A DNA stretch of 63,102 bases, counting the filler, from Diploschistes diacapsis (taxonomy: Eukaryota), in the NCBI GenBank assembly GCA_023645945.1. It is 5 parts of 5 records of this genome, joined end to end, with 100 filler letters (N's around TTAATTAATTAA, not from the genome) between each part and the next. Parts side by side here need not be neighbours in the genome. Positions count along the whole stretch, not along the records: positions 1 to 30,979 come from JALAIB010000122.1; positions 31,080 to 39,029 come from JALAIB010001220.1; 3 more parts are not named here. The stretch is one strand, 5' to 3'. The position numbers and the translations under genes are program-made. Below, piece by piece: positions 25,409-37,002 of this stretch. How positions within the stretch are numbered: position 1 is the stretch's first letter; each line of letters starts with the position of its first letter. The notes under the pieces are model-generated. The model was not told where the DNA came from. It saw only the letters and a program-made list of their open reading frames with translations, and did no database searches.

Positions 25409-25900
25409 AGCCGCTGCACTGTGCGCAATGTTTGGGGCTTTGCGCAGTCTAACAGCAGCATAGAACCAGCCACGGCTATTCCCAAAGAAGGTAGCAAAGA
25501 AGCCCAACGCTTTAAAGGCAAAAACATGTACTGGAGTTTGGTGTATATGATAGCGCTTTAGAACGACAACACTATACAGGCCACAGCGAAGCCATCCTCA
25601 AAGACAATTTTGATATGTAGACCGTATCGGACGAGGGAATAGGATTAAATCTGCTTACAAACTGTCTTTGCGGGAAGTTGCATACACCCCAGGTCCCAAG
25701 ATTCAGGGTAGTACTACTGAGATTGACGCTGAAAATAGAAGCGAAGATCGTGATCGTCATCATTTCCTTGCCGAGATCGCAATCTCCATTCATATCTTCC
25801 CAGGGCCTATCACTAAATAGATTTTATGGGCTTAACATCTTTGTATTCCACTCATGCCGACAGCTAGAGCACCGTTCCTTCGGTCCCTCTTCCCCTGCCG

Positions 25901-27201
25901 ATGTCAGTAGCTCCTGCCATCATAGGCAGCTCCGCTGAATCTCCTCAAAGCAATGCAATAATTCTTGAAGTATCTGCTGGGAAGTTGGAGAGCAAGAGCG
26001 GCGGCAATGGGGACTACAAAGGTTTCGTAGCGGGAGTCGCCTCCGGGATCACCAAGTTAACCAGTAAGCCTGAATTCTTTCGTTGGTTCGAAGCCCGAGA
26101 AATCAACTAACTCCATCAAGTCGGGCATCCGTATGTCTCGAAACACAACTCACCGATGCTCCCGAGCTCGCGCAGGGACTAAAACATTGCCAGATTCGAC
26201 ACGATCAAAGTGCGCCTCCAAACCACGCAAAGGAGCCGCTTCACCGGCCCCATCGACTGCGTGCTGCAAACCGTGCGAAATGAAGGGGTACGGGGCCTGT
26301 ACAAGGGCGCGACGCCACCACTGGTCGGCTGGATGTTCATGGACTCCCTCATGCTGGGCTCCCTGACCGTCTACCGGCGGCTGCTGCACGAGAACGTCTT
26401 TACGGAAGGGAACATGCGGACGCTCCTTCCCTTGACGTTGCGCCCGTCGGAAGCGAACCTGCAGCGATACTCCAGCCAACTGCCTGATCTCGGCCACGGC
26501 ATAGCGGGCATGATGGCCGGCTGGACCGTGAGCACCATCGCCGCGCCTGTCGAGCACGTCAAGGCACGGCTGCAGGTGCAATACTCGGCCGACAAGAGCA
26601 AGAGGCTGTACAGCGGGCCCATAGACTGCGTCAAGAAAATTGTATGTTTTGCTCAACCTCTCCTCCCACCCCATTCCCATTCCCATTCCCATTCCCCCGG
26701 ATCCCAGCAAAACCCAGAAGCTCGAACTAACACCACTTCCCTCGCCCACCCAAGCTCCGCGCCCATGGCTTCACCGGCCTCTACCACGGCCTCCTCTCGA
26801 CGCTGATCTTCCGCTCCTTCTTCTTCTTCTGGTGGGGCTCCTACTCCCTGCTCTCCTCCTACTTCGCCCGCCACACGACCCTCAGCACGCCGGCCATCAA
26901 CTTCTGGGCCGGCGGCCTCAGCGCGCAAGTCTTCTGGCTGACGTGCTATCCGTCCGACGTGGTCAAGCAGCGCATCATGACGGACCCGCTCGGCCCGTCT
27001 CCGCGGCCGTCGTCGGCGGCAGCACGGTTCGACGACGGCGAGAGAAAGTACAAGAGGTGGAGGGATGCGGCGGGGGATATCTGGAGGAAGGAAGGCTGGA
27101 GGGGGTACTGGAGGGGTTTCGTGCCGTGCTTTGCCAGGGCCTTTCCGGCGAATGCCATGGCTTTGGTGGCTTTTGAAGGGGTTGTGAGGAGCTTGCCTTG
27201 A
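25901..27201 (+). CDS. Mitochondrial carrier (SLC25; carnitine/ornithine/YMC-like); 4 exons including a 10-nt microexon 26121-26130
   Basis: Three PX[DE]XX[KR]X[RK] repeats: PFDTIKVRLQ, PVEHVKARLQ, PSDVVKQRIM; RAFPANA. Confidence 0.93.
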
Positions 27202-27599
27202 TCGCTGGTGGGAAAACACAGGGCATCACAGCAGATTGGACTGAACTTTCCTTTTCTTTTTTTTTGGCGGACGGAAGGCTTTGGTAAAGATACCCTGCTC
27301 ATTATTCTTGGCCTACTTGATTGTATCCGACACATTGTTGGTTCCCATGATATTTTGGTCATAAAATGTATTATCACAGCTCCTAGTTTTTCGCATGCCA
27401 TTGCTCGCGGGATCAAAAAACCAATGCACGCCTCGAATATACGGGAAAATGAAAGCCCCCTCTAGATAAGACCCTTCCAAAAGGTGTGATCAACCCTCGT
27501 CACATCGGAAGCGCCATCATGAAATACACGCTTGCAACCCTTATGTACGACTGACCGAGGTTCCCTCCCCATTCAATGTGCAGTTATCAATGTGTCCAG

Positions 27600-29115
27600 T
27601 TATAGCAGAGTAGCGCCAACGCCGGTCCAGAAGAGGACAACGAGGGTGCAGAGCAGAGGACCAAATGAGAAGTCAGGGATTGTGGTGCCAGCAGCAGCAC
27701 CCTTTGAAGAGGACCCGGGAGAGCCGCCGCTGCTGGTGCCGCCACTGCTAGAGCCCATGGTTGGAGTCGTCGAGGGTGCACCAGAGCCCGGAGTAGCAGT
27801 AGCAGTACTGGCGCCAGCAGCGTTCTGCGAGCCAGCGCCGCTGTTTCCTTTCAGACCGGGTCCGGTACCGGCTCCTTTCTGGAGGTATTGCTTGGCACCA
27901 ACTGGCATAGCAGGAAGAGCATCACCGTTGGGAAGCCAGGTAGAAGACTTAGTGGGACAGCTAGACACCTTGTTGCTGGTGGTATATCCACCGTCTCCAG
28001 TGGGGTTCGAGGTGTTAGAGTATGCAGATTTTAGAGCGTTGAAGTCGGGGCGGAGGGTGACGGAGCTGCCGCTGATGGTGACTAGACCGTAGTTGGATGC
28101 TTCGTTTGAGTATTCGTAAACGAGACCACCAGAGTAGACAGCCGTCATTTCGGTGTTGTAGAGAGCTGCCACTTCCTGGAAGGAACGAGTGTTGGTATTG
28201 CAGCCATACTCAGAGAGGCTAATACTATGATTAGTTGCTGACTTGTGACCATCAGTGGTCAAGGGGGAAAAATTAAAAACTTACAAAATGGGCAGACTGT
28301 AGTTCTGGAAAAGCGCGACCTTTTGGTTCCAGCCAGACGTCTCGAACGAGGAAGGGTCGCACCAAGAGTAGTCGTTAAACGCGAAGAAGTCGCTGCGCTC
28401 GTCATCGGTTCCGCAGTTCATGAACTCGGCCGTCTCGTAACGGTTGCTCGTGACATCAGCCGCGGAGTAGCCGATCGGGATCTTCCTCTGTTGCCTGTCA
28501 CCTTGGTACTGCTTCATGTCACGCGTGACGGCTTTGATGTATGGAGCGGCAGCGGTCGAGGCAGTCGTTTCGTTGATAACCTCGTTTCCGGAGAAGAAGG
28601 CAAGGGTGTTGTCGTACTGAGAGAACATGTCCATGGTAGCGAAGATGCTCTGGAGGTACGTCGGGTTGTAGGATGGGCCTGGGTCCACTCGGTTGAGAGA
28701 GTAGAGAGGGCTGTTCACATCGAGAATAAGATAGATGCCCGCATCATCCAAAGCGGACATGCAAGCATCATGACTTTGCGAGTTGTCGACAGAGTAGACA
28801 CGAATGGCGTTGATGCCAAGCTGCTTGAAATACTGGATGTCTCGTGTGCATGTCGATTCATCGGCGAGAGGGTCTGTGAGTTGAGACGATCCACCTAAGA
28901 TTCAAAGGTCAGCTCCATATTCATAGTATACGAACTCAGTGGGCATTGGCTGCTTTACCTGGCTGGTAGTCGACTCCACGGATATAGAATCGCTGTCCAC
29001 CAGCAAAGAAGGCAGTGCCGTTGGTAGAAACGGGAGGAAGAGCTGCGCTGGCTGTCAGGAGGAGACCGGCTCCGACAGCCATGGCGGCTGGGAGGATAGA
29101 GCTGATTCCCTTCAT
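27600..29115 (-). CDS. GPI-anchored beta-1,3-glucanosyltransferase, GH72 (Gel/Gas, no X8 domain); two introns
   Basis: Signal peptide, FYIRGVDYQPG, FSGNEV, YSWC, SEYGC, SGGLVYEY, Ser/Thr/Gly-rich stalk and hydrophobic GPI tail. Confidence 0.94.
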
Positions 29116-29624
29116 GATGTCGATAATGCTGGCGGGTAATAGAAAATGACTATCGACGCGTTCCTGAAGCTGGTGATCAGAAGAAGTTGGGTAGTTGGGC
29201 TCGAAGGACGAAAAAGCCTCGAAAGAGTGAGAGGCGTTAGCAACGAGAATGGTTATTACAAAGAGATAAAAAGTGGATGAGCGAGAGTGCGACTGTAATG
29301 GGGGGTTAGTTAAGAAGTTGAAAGGAAGAAAGAGTTTGATAGGGGGAGGTGAGAGAAAGAAAAGGTGTTGTTGTCGGGAGAGTGTCAGGGGGGTGTGGGA
29401 TTGCCGCAAATAGTATGTAAGGTGGTTTTGGATTTATTGGCCCTGAGCCATGAGCCATGAGCCATGAGAAACCCCCGGGTGGTGGTGGGCCATGGGTCAC
29501 TCCAACGGAACTGTGGCGAGTCACCCAATAGGAGAACTCCCCGCAATGGGATCTTCGTCCTCGTAATCTCCCTTATCCCCACTGTGGAGCTCCAGGTAGA
29601 AATAGTATATGCACTAAGGCTTAA

Positions 29625-29674
29625 GTATTGGATTCGTATTGGATTCGTATGGGATTCGTATTGGATTCGTATTG
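29625..29674. repeat. 11-bp tandem repeat (GTATTGGATTC) x4.5
   Basis: Read directly; the third unit is GTATGGGATTC. Confidence 0.9.
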
Positions 29675-30979
29675 TATTTTTATGATTGATTCCGGCAAGC
29701 ACTAGCCCAGAAAGGGTTAAGCGCCCAGCCGATCCCTCTCAACCTGAAGTTGGCTGTGTTTTGACTATTCCAGATTTGGTTTATAGTTAATGTGGGAGCT
29801 ATAGAAGTGGGGGCATGCAAATTACAAAATCTTACCACGTTTGCGAGGGTGGCCGTTCGTAAAGGCGTTATCTTACCGAGGTAGAGCTCGCCTTATAGTC
29901 CAGGATGAATTGCACGTAAGTTGGCGTTATGCGAAGCGCTGTTCGAGTTTGAAGGAACGGGTGTAGTGGGGATGGAAGATATCAAACATTATCCGCAAGA
30001 GAGTAGTAGTTGCTTCTCATGCCCAAGAAACACAGCGTAAGAGACTAAAACAGTATGAAAGAGAGAAGCCCGTCACCCCCTGGGTATCAAATCCTTTAGC
30101 AGCTAACTTGCAAGTATGGAGAGATATGACAGAGTTAGCGGTAGAGGGTCTTGAATGGGCCTGTAAAGGAAGTAAATTCCTGCGAGTATTTCGGACACTG
30201 AAAGGGCAGGTCCAACGCTACCCAATTGCCGTGAATCTTTAAACCCGCAACCGACAGCCTTACAATCGCTCGACCTAAGCCCTCGCTCCCAGACTCCCTG
30301 CCCGCCATGCCTCACGCCGAAGCCACCAGCTTCCGGCCCGACCTCACCAAAGCGGAAGCCTATGGCCAAGTTCTATTGGAGATGCGCTCCCTGATGGAGG
30401 GACAGCGGAACTGGGTGCGGCACAAACATGCTCCATCCTGCCACAAGTAGACACAAGCACTGATGAGATGGGCGCAGGTGTGGTGAGAAAGATCTCCCTA
30501 TTGCGGTCTCAAAAGCTCCTGGCTCCGTTACATGTATCCTGGTAGGCGATGTCGATGATGGTTTGTGCTCCAAATACCCTGTTACGCCACTCTATGCGCA
30601 AGCAAGAGAGCTCGAAAGATGCTTCAGATCAATCGCGAAACGATCCCCGAGATACTCGAATCTTTCCTCGAATTCTGAAGATTATTTCCGCGATTGATCC
30701 GAAGCAATCTCTCAAAGCTCTTCGGCGGGGGCGTAAGGTAACCAAAAAACAAACAGTAGCATCGCCTGCCAAGCCCATTTACGTTCAAGGATTCAGCATG
30801 AAAAAAATACACCACGCTTCCATCCCTTTCAAAAAAAAAACCCCCCGCAGTTCGCTCTAACCACCTCCCCCCACCCAGCAACCTCGCAAACGCCGCCTCC
30901 CTCCTCTGGCACGCCTACAAATCCCTCGCTTTCCCCTCGAGCGAGGTAAACTGGGCGGGTACCACTTCCCCTCTTCCCC

Positions 30980-31079
30980 NNNNNNNNNNNNNNNNNNNNN
31001 NNNNNNNNNNNNNNNNNNNNNNNTTAATTAATTAANNNNNNNNNNNNNNNNNNNNNNNNNNNNNNNNNNNNNNNNNNNN
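30980..31079. other. Assembly gap with artificial TTAATTAATTAA linker
   Basis: N-run around a six-frame stop spacer; identical at four places. Confidence 0.97.
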
Positions 31080-31116
31080 GGGTGGGGGGGGAGGGCGTTA
31101 CGAAGTTACCCCCACG

Positions 31117-31410
31117 AAGGTTAGCACCGCGGTAGTCGACGCGTCGACTAGCGAGGCGCTAACCTTTTAACTTCGTATATATCCAGTTCTTTTGGCGAGC
31201 GGAAGCTGAAGGATCAGCACACACACACACACGATAAGTTGAGTCCAGAAGCCGGCCTACTGGAGAGGTTCAGCAGCCTTTATAAATGCCCTTAGTAGTC
31301 GGCGCCGCACAAGCAGGGGGTCTTTTATTAGTGAGAGGAAGTTGAGCTTATTTTTTGTAGGCCAAAAGACCACTGCCTGTGTGGCGCCAACTAACGTGGT
31401 GCTAGCCTTT
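31117..31410. repeat. Palindrome plus inverted-repeat element, related to 59100-59345
   Basis: Perfect 18-bp palindrome TAGTCGACGCGTCGACTA (31133-31150); imperfect IR 31296-31326 / 31364-31393. Confidence 0.7.
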
Positions 31411-31661
31411 ATTATGGGGCCTACTCTTCCCAGTTACCTAGAACATCGCTACTGGGATGGGTGATCTTGCAAGGCTTTATCTGCCTCGGCATGGTACCGA
31501 GTACATACATGCAGAGCCTAGCCTTGCGATGTGCAAGGCTGTGAGCGCCTTTCTATCGCAGCCTTGTCTAATGTCTAGATCATTCACAACTGCCAGCACT
31601 TGTTCTATCGTCAACCTGGTCTCAGTAGAGTTCAGCTCTATCGATCTTTACGATCAGAGCC

Positions 31662-34600
31662 ATGTCCAAACTTCCTCTTACCAACGATGACTATGTTGTG
31701 GGCTGGATCTGCGCGCTGGAGGTGGAGTTGGCGGCGGCCATGCTGATTTTGGACGAAGAGCATTCAGACTTACCGTGTGCAGATAACGACTCTAATGCGT
31801 ATTTGCTTGGACGTGTCGGTCAACATAATGTTGTCGTTGCCTGTCTCCCAGCAGGTACAGTGGGGACAAGCGTTGCAGCCACCGTTGCCAATAACCTACT
31901 CCGAAGCTTTCCAAAGGTCCGATTTGGCTTGATGGTAGGCGTTGGAAGTGGAGTGCCAAGCAATCCTAGTTCGAACGCGCGGGATGACCTTCATCTCGGG
32001 GATGTCGTCGTGAGCAATCCAGTTGGCGAACATGGTCAGACATTGTTCATTAAGTAAACCGTGACGAAGCTAATTCACAAATTAAGGTGGCGTTTTGCAA
32101 TTCAATTTCGGCAAAACCATCAAGGAGGGCAAATTTGTTCATACTGGTTCCTTGAACAAGCCGCCCACAGTGGTTCGAACTGCCGTAACAAAACTTCGAG
32201 CACGACAGAGGATTAAGCGCAATCTGATTCAATCACGCATCGATTGTATCATGAAAACCAACCCAGGCATGAAAACAGAGTTTGGACACCCTGGCCCCGG
32301 CAATGATCACCTGTTTATGACCGATTACGAGCACGAAGATGGCCAAAGTGACTGTGAGCTGTGCGATGTTGGAAAGCTTGTGCATCGGCAGCCTCGAGCT
32401 CGCCCTGATCCGGTCATCCATTACGGGCTGATTGGCTCCGCTGACAATTTGATCGGGCATGCCGCAACCCGAGAGAAGCTTCGACAGGAGAAGGGCATAT
32501 TGTGTTTTGAGATGGAAGCTGCTGGCTTGATGGACAACTTCCCTTGTCTTGTGGTTCGTGGCATCTGCGACTATTCAGACAGCCACATGAACAAGCAATG
32601 GCAGCCATATGCCGCGTTGACAGCAGCCGCGTACGCAGTGGAGGTTCTGGCTTGCGTACCAAGTGGTGATGGGCTGAGGATTCCCAAAGCCATTGACGTT
32701 GTGAAGGATAGTTAGTGTTGCAAAATCCTCTGATTTGCCAGCCTCGAAGTTGACATTCAAAGTTGCTAAAAATATTTATACAGCTGTGGTAGAAACGCAT
32801 AATGCTGCACAAGGAGAGGGTCTAGCCGACCATGGGAGAAGAGTCATCCAGTGGCTCAGCGCGCCAGACCCTTCCACCAATCTCCATGCCGCTACGGCAA
32901 AACACCATGCAGACACAGGTTCATGGCTTCTGGAGCATCAGGCGTTCCTCGAGTGGCAAGCTGGTGAGAGGAATTTCTTATGGCTGTATGGAACACCCGG
33001 ATGCGGTAAGACTGTTTCGAGCTCGACTATCATTAATTACTTGCGTTTAAAGCAGAACGATGCTGGCACTCCTGTTCTATTTTTCTTTTTTGACTTTAAC
33101 AATAAGGACAAGCAGTCGCTGGACAGCCTACTACGTTCGTTACTTGCACAACTCTATTCAAACTTTGAATACTCTCGAGAGGATATAAACTTGTTGTATC
33201 AAGAATATGGCAAAAGAGGGTCAATGGCATCAACTGACGATCTATCTTCCACTTTCATGACTGTGCTTCGGAAGGCCCCTACGCATTATTTAGTCCTTGA
33301 TGCTATGGACGAGAGCACTACGAGACGAGATCTGCTCAACTGGATGAAGGCAACACGCGCGTCCGTAGTGGACCACCTGTTAATTGTCGCTACCAGCCGG
33401 AGTGAGCATGACCTGGAAACTGGAATCAGAAACTTCGTGGACGAAGAGAACTTTATACCTCTTCAACAAGCGTCAATGGATCCTGACATTTAAACCTGTA
33501 CGCAAGCTATTCTGAACGTCGCACAAGGGGGCTTTAAGCGATGGCATTTGCAGCCTACTGTCTGGAAGGAGATCGAAGTCGAAATGACACGCAAAGCTGC
33601 TGGAATGTGAGACGCATCCATCCGTACAAACAAGTAAAGCTCGACTGACTGATTTTCGCAGGTTTAAATGGGTCGCTTGTCAACTCGACGTGCTGAAGGA
33701 GTGTCTGAATCTCCCGCAATTGCGCAGTGCGCTCAAAGACGTGCCAGCAACGTTAGATGGAACATATGATCGTATCCTGGCTAGTATACCGGCGCAACAT
33801 AAGTCACTAGCTATAAGAATTTTACAGCTTCTCACCTATTCCCGTAGGCCACCGATGCTGGAGGAGATCATCGATGCCATTGCCGTGTTTCCGGACGAAA
33901 AACCTTGCTTTGATTCTAGCTGGCGTATGCCCGATCCTAGTGAAATTACGAGGTTATGTTCGAGCCCCGTGTCCAAGGTGGACAACCAGAAGGTACTGAA
34001 AGCTACTCTAACATACCCATATCACTCAGATCGTTGCTGCTCAATCCTTCAGTTGGCCCACTTCTCTGTCAAAGAGTATCTTGTCTCTGATCGTGTCGAA
34101 GAGAGACCCCGATCAAGACTGGTTGAAAACAACGCTCATAAGGAATTGACTCAAGTTTGCACAGCATACCTCACCCACGCATTTGAAGTAAACACCAGGT
34201 GGCAGGAAGTTTCACTCGGTAAGGGTGTTGGGCTACCTCGGATATCGCTTCTATGCTGACTTGGAATTGAAGTTGACTCTACGATGGACCCATGCATTCC
34301 CTATGCAGCAAATATAGGACTTAATTTCTTTGAATATAGTGCAGCGTGCTGGATGAGTCACGCCGATGAGGCAGTATGTTTCGAAAATGTCGGAGAGCCG
34401 AGTCGACGAAATATGCTACGGCAGGCAGGCAGGCGACACCTCTACGATATCTGCGTTCTCATGCTAAAAATTTTCTCGTCTGACTTCTCTCGGGTTTGGG
34501 AGGGATTGTGCTCAGTACGTCTGGCTGGCTAAGTCCTGAACCAGCCTTGCATTCTACATCCATAAGGGGCTTCGGTGGCATTAATTAAGCGTGGTTTCTG

Positions 34601-35496
34601 ACGTCAATGCAACAGCACGTGATGGCCAGGTGGATTTGATAATCAGAACACCAAGTTCAAGATTAAAGCTTTTTCTGGACAATGGTGCGGCATTCTATAT
34701 GCAGAAGTATTACCTGGACATGGCGTTGGAAAGCGCCGAAGGGAGATTCTCGAAGAATGTTATCCAGATCCTTCAGGATTATGGCACAAATCCTAGAGTA
34801 AGCTATGAGACGAACATGAAGGTTCTTCAGTCTCATGGCCTAAGTATCGAAAATGTTACTAAACACCTTTATGTTCAAGCCGCCGCCGAAAAAGGCCAGG
34901 AAAACTTAATTCGGGCCCTTCTGAATCACGGCGCTGATGTTAATGTGATTGTGCGACACTTTTACAGTGCTTTACAAACTGTCACAGCAAAAGGCCTCGA
35001 AAACATAGTTCAGCTCCTTGTGGATTATGGCGCTGATGCTAACGCAGCACCAAGTGCTAGCACTGCTTTAATAATCGCGTTCTCGTGTAGGTACGAAAGC
35101 ATCGTACGGATGCTTCTGGAACATGGTGCTGCTGCTAATGCGATAAATGTTTCAGGGGAGACTCCTCTGATACGCGCATGACTGTTGGGCCATGCAAGGA
35201 TTATACGAATACTGCTAGAACATGGTCCTGACGTTGCTGTCAGAAGTCAAGAGTATGGTACTGCTATGGAAGCTGCTTCCAAAGAAGGCCGCAAGGATAT
35301 TGTGCAGATACTCCAAGCTGATGGTGCTAGCTTGGATACTGACGGAGAAGGCAGTGGTTCAGCTAGGGACTGTGATAGTGAAGTGAATAGCTCATGCGAG
35401 AATCCTGACAACGAAGGATGTAAACGGTTCTGTGGCTTTGACGCTGAAGAGCCAGAACCCTCTTCAAATGGGAAAAAAAGGAAAAGACTAAATTAG
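31662..35496 (+). pseudogene. Fungal NLR-like gene, PNP_UDP phosphorylase - NACHT - ankyrin repeats; disrupted
   Basis: VGWICALEVE, GLMVGVGSGVP, CFEMEAAG, RGICDYSDSH; Walker A GTPGCGKT, Walker B VLDAMDE, LAHFSVKEYL; ankyrin LLNHGADVN; in-frame stops at 33491 and 35179, broken frame around 34250-34590. Confidence 0.85.
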
Positions 35497-36438
35497 TTCG
35501 CCAGAAGCGAAATCCAGTTCTACATTTTTAACAACAATTCTGACATTGATATTCCCAAGTTCCTCCGGCAGGAAAGACGTCGTTCCCTCCCCTCTCTCCT
35601 TGAGCCCTAAGAAATTCCCTGAACCAGATTAGCGTGGATGGTACGGTTTCCAGATATACGCGACCTCAAGCTCCCGGTCAGTCTTCTGCGACGGCAAGCT
35701 CGTCTTTCCCTTTCTTTGCTGATATCAAAACTGCGTATCTATATCTCCATAGACAAAGCGTCTCGTTGGTTCCAGACAACCTCATACGTGCGTACTTGTT
35801 AGGGTAGATGTATTTGGCAAATAGAGGCCAATTAACGAGGATTTAGGGCTGTATAAATAAGTTCAATTATGATATCGTCAAGCGCGATGGATCGGAACAC
35901 GCTGTGTTTAACCGCCACAACCTGTAGGGTTTTCCCATGCGCGCCGCCAGAGGTTGGGCGATGCCTTCAAGGTGTGGCCTACGCCACGCAGTTGCCGATT
36001 TGTTACGTGTCTTAAGTGCATTGTCTTACATTCACAACAAGAGACATACGGGACAGGCCTCCATGCTAGACTATATGGCCTTGAGTTAAGAACCTCCTTA
36101 ACGAAGACCATGAGCTGGTCCACACTAATGGATGAACACCATAACCGGACACATAGGATCGCTCCCAGCATAGTGCTGCTCGACAGCGCAAGATAAAGAG
36201 AATGATTGAGACCTGTTCCTGGGCTGGTGACCTGAATGACCGCGACTTCGAAGGATCTGTCCAGACTGCGATCGCTATAGAGACAATATATGATAGGTAC
36301 AGATCTTCTCTTTAACCTTTTGTTTTGCTTAGAGCCCAATGACCAAACAAACGCAACTGAATAAACACAACCATCTCACTCTTATGACTATTGTGCACTA
36401 AACCCTTTCCATCTCCTCAAACGCATAGCACCCCCAAA

Positions 36439-37002
36439 ATGCATTACATAACTGCTTCTTGCCTCACCACCCTCTCCCGCGCCGCGTTCTCTAGCGCCTG
36501 CCGGTCCGACTACACCTACGACGTCTACCGGCACGGCGCCTACGACGAACTAGACCTGTACGAGCGCGGCCTGTACGCCGACGACGACCTCGACAGCATG
36601 CTCTATACCCGCGACTACATTACCTTGACACGCTGTATGCCCGGGCTGCAGAGGCGGCTCTCGACTCGAGCCAATCTGCCAACTCCTCTGGAAATATTCA
36701 AATGACATTCAACGTCCAACAGATGGGTGCGCATACCGCGGCTATGAACGAGGGGGAACCCAAAGGCTCAGGCAAGGGGGGAAACGAAGAGCCGGCGCGG
36801 CCTGGATGCCGACGACGGTCTCGATGGCATGCTCTATTCCTGCGCCTAGGACGACTGCCTCTTCGAGGGCCCTCTACGCCCGTGCCGCAGAAGCTGCGCT
36901 TGACTCGCGGCTATGAATGGTGAAGACCCTCAGAACCCTCTTGCGTCGGGCTCGAGCCGTGAGGGGTGGAAGAGGGGCAGTAGTGGCAAGAAGAAGTCGT
37001 GA
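36439..37002 (+). pseudogene. Degenerate small secreted repeat-peptide precursor (two internal repeat units)
   Basis: Signal-like N-terminus; acidic LYER/LYTR/LYAR spacers; LYARAAEAALDS encoded twice; frameshifts and a stop. Confidence 0.6.

Noticed and set aside
29625..29674. CRISPR-like array
   Set aside because: No spacers, eukaryotic context; a simple minisatellite
31024..31035. TTAATTAATTAA palindrome recurring four times
   Set aside because: Always centred in N-runs; an artificial scaffold linker
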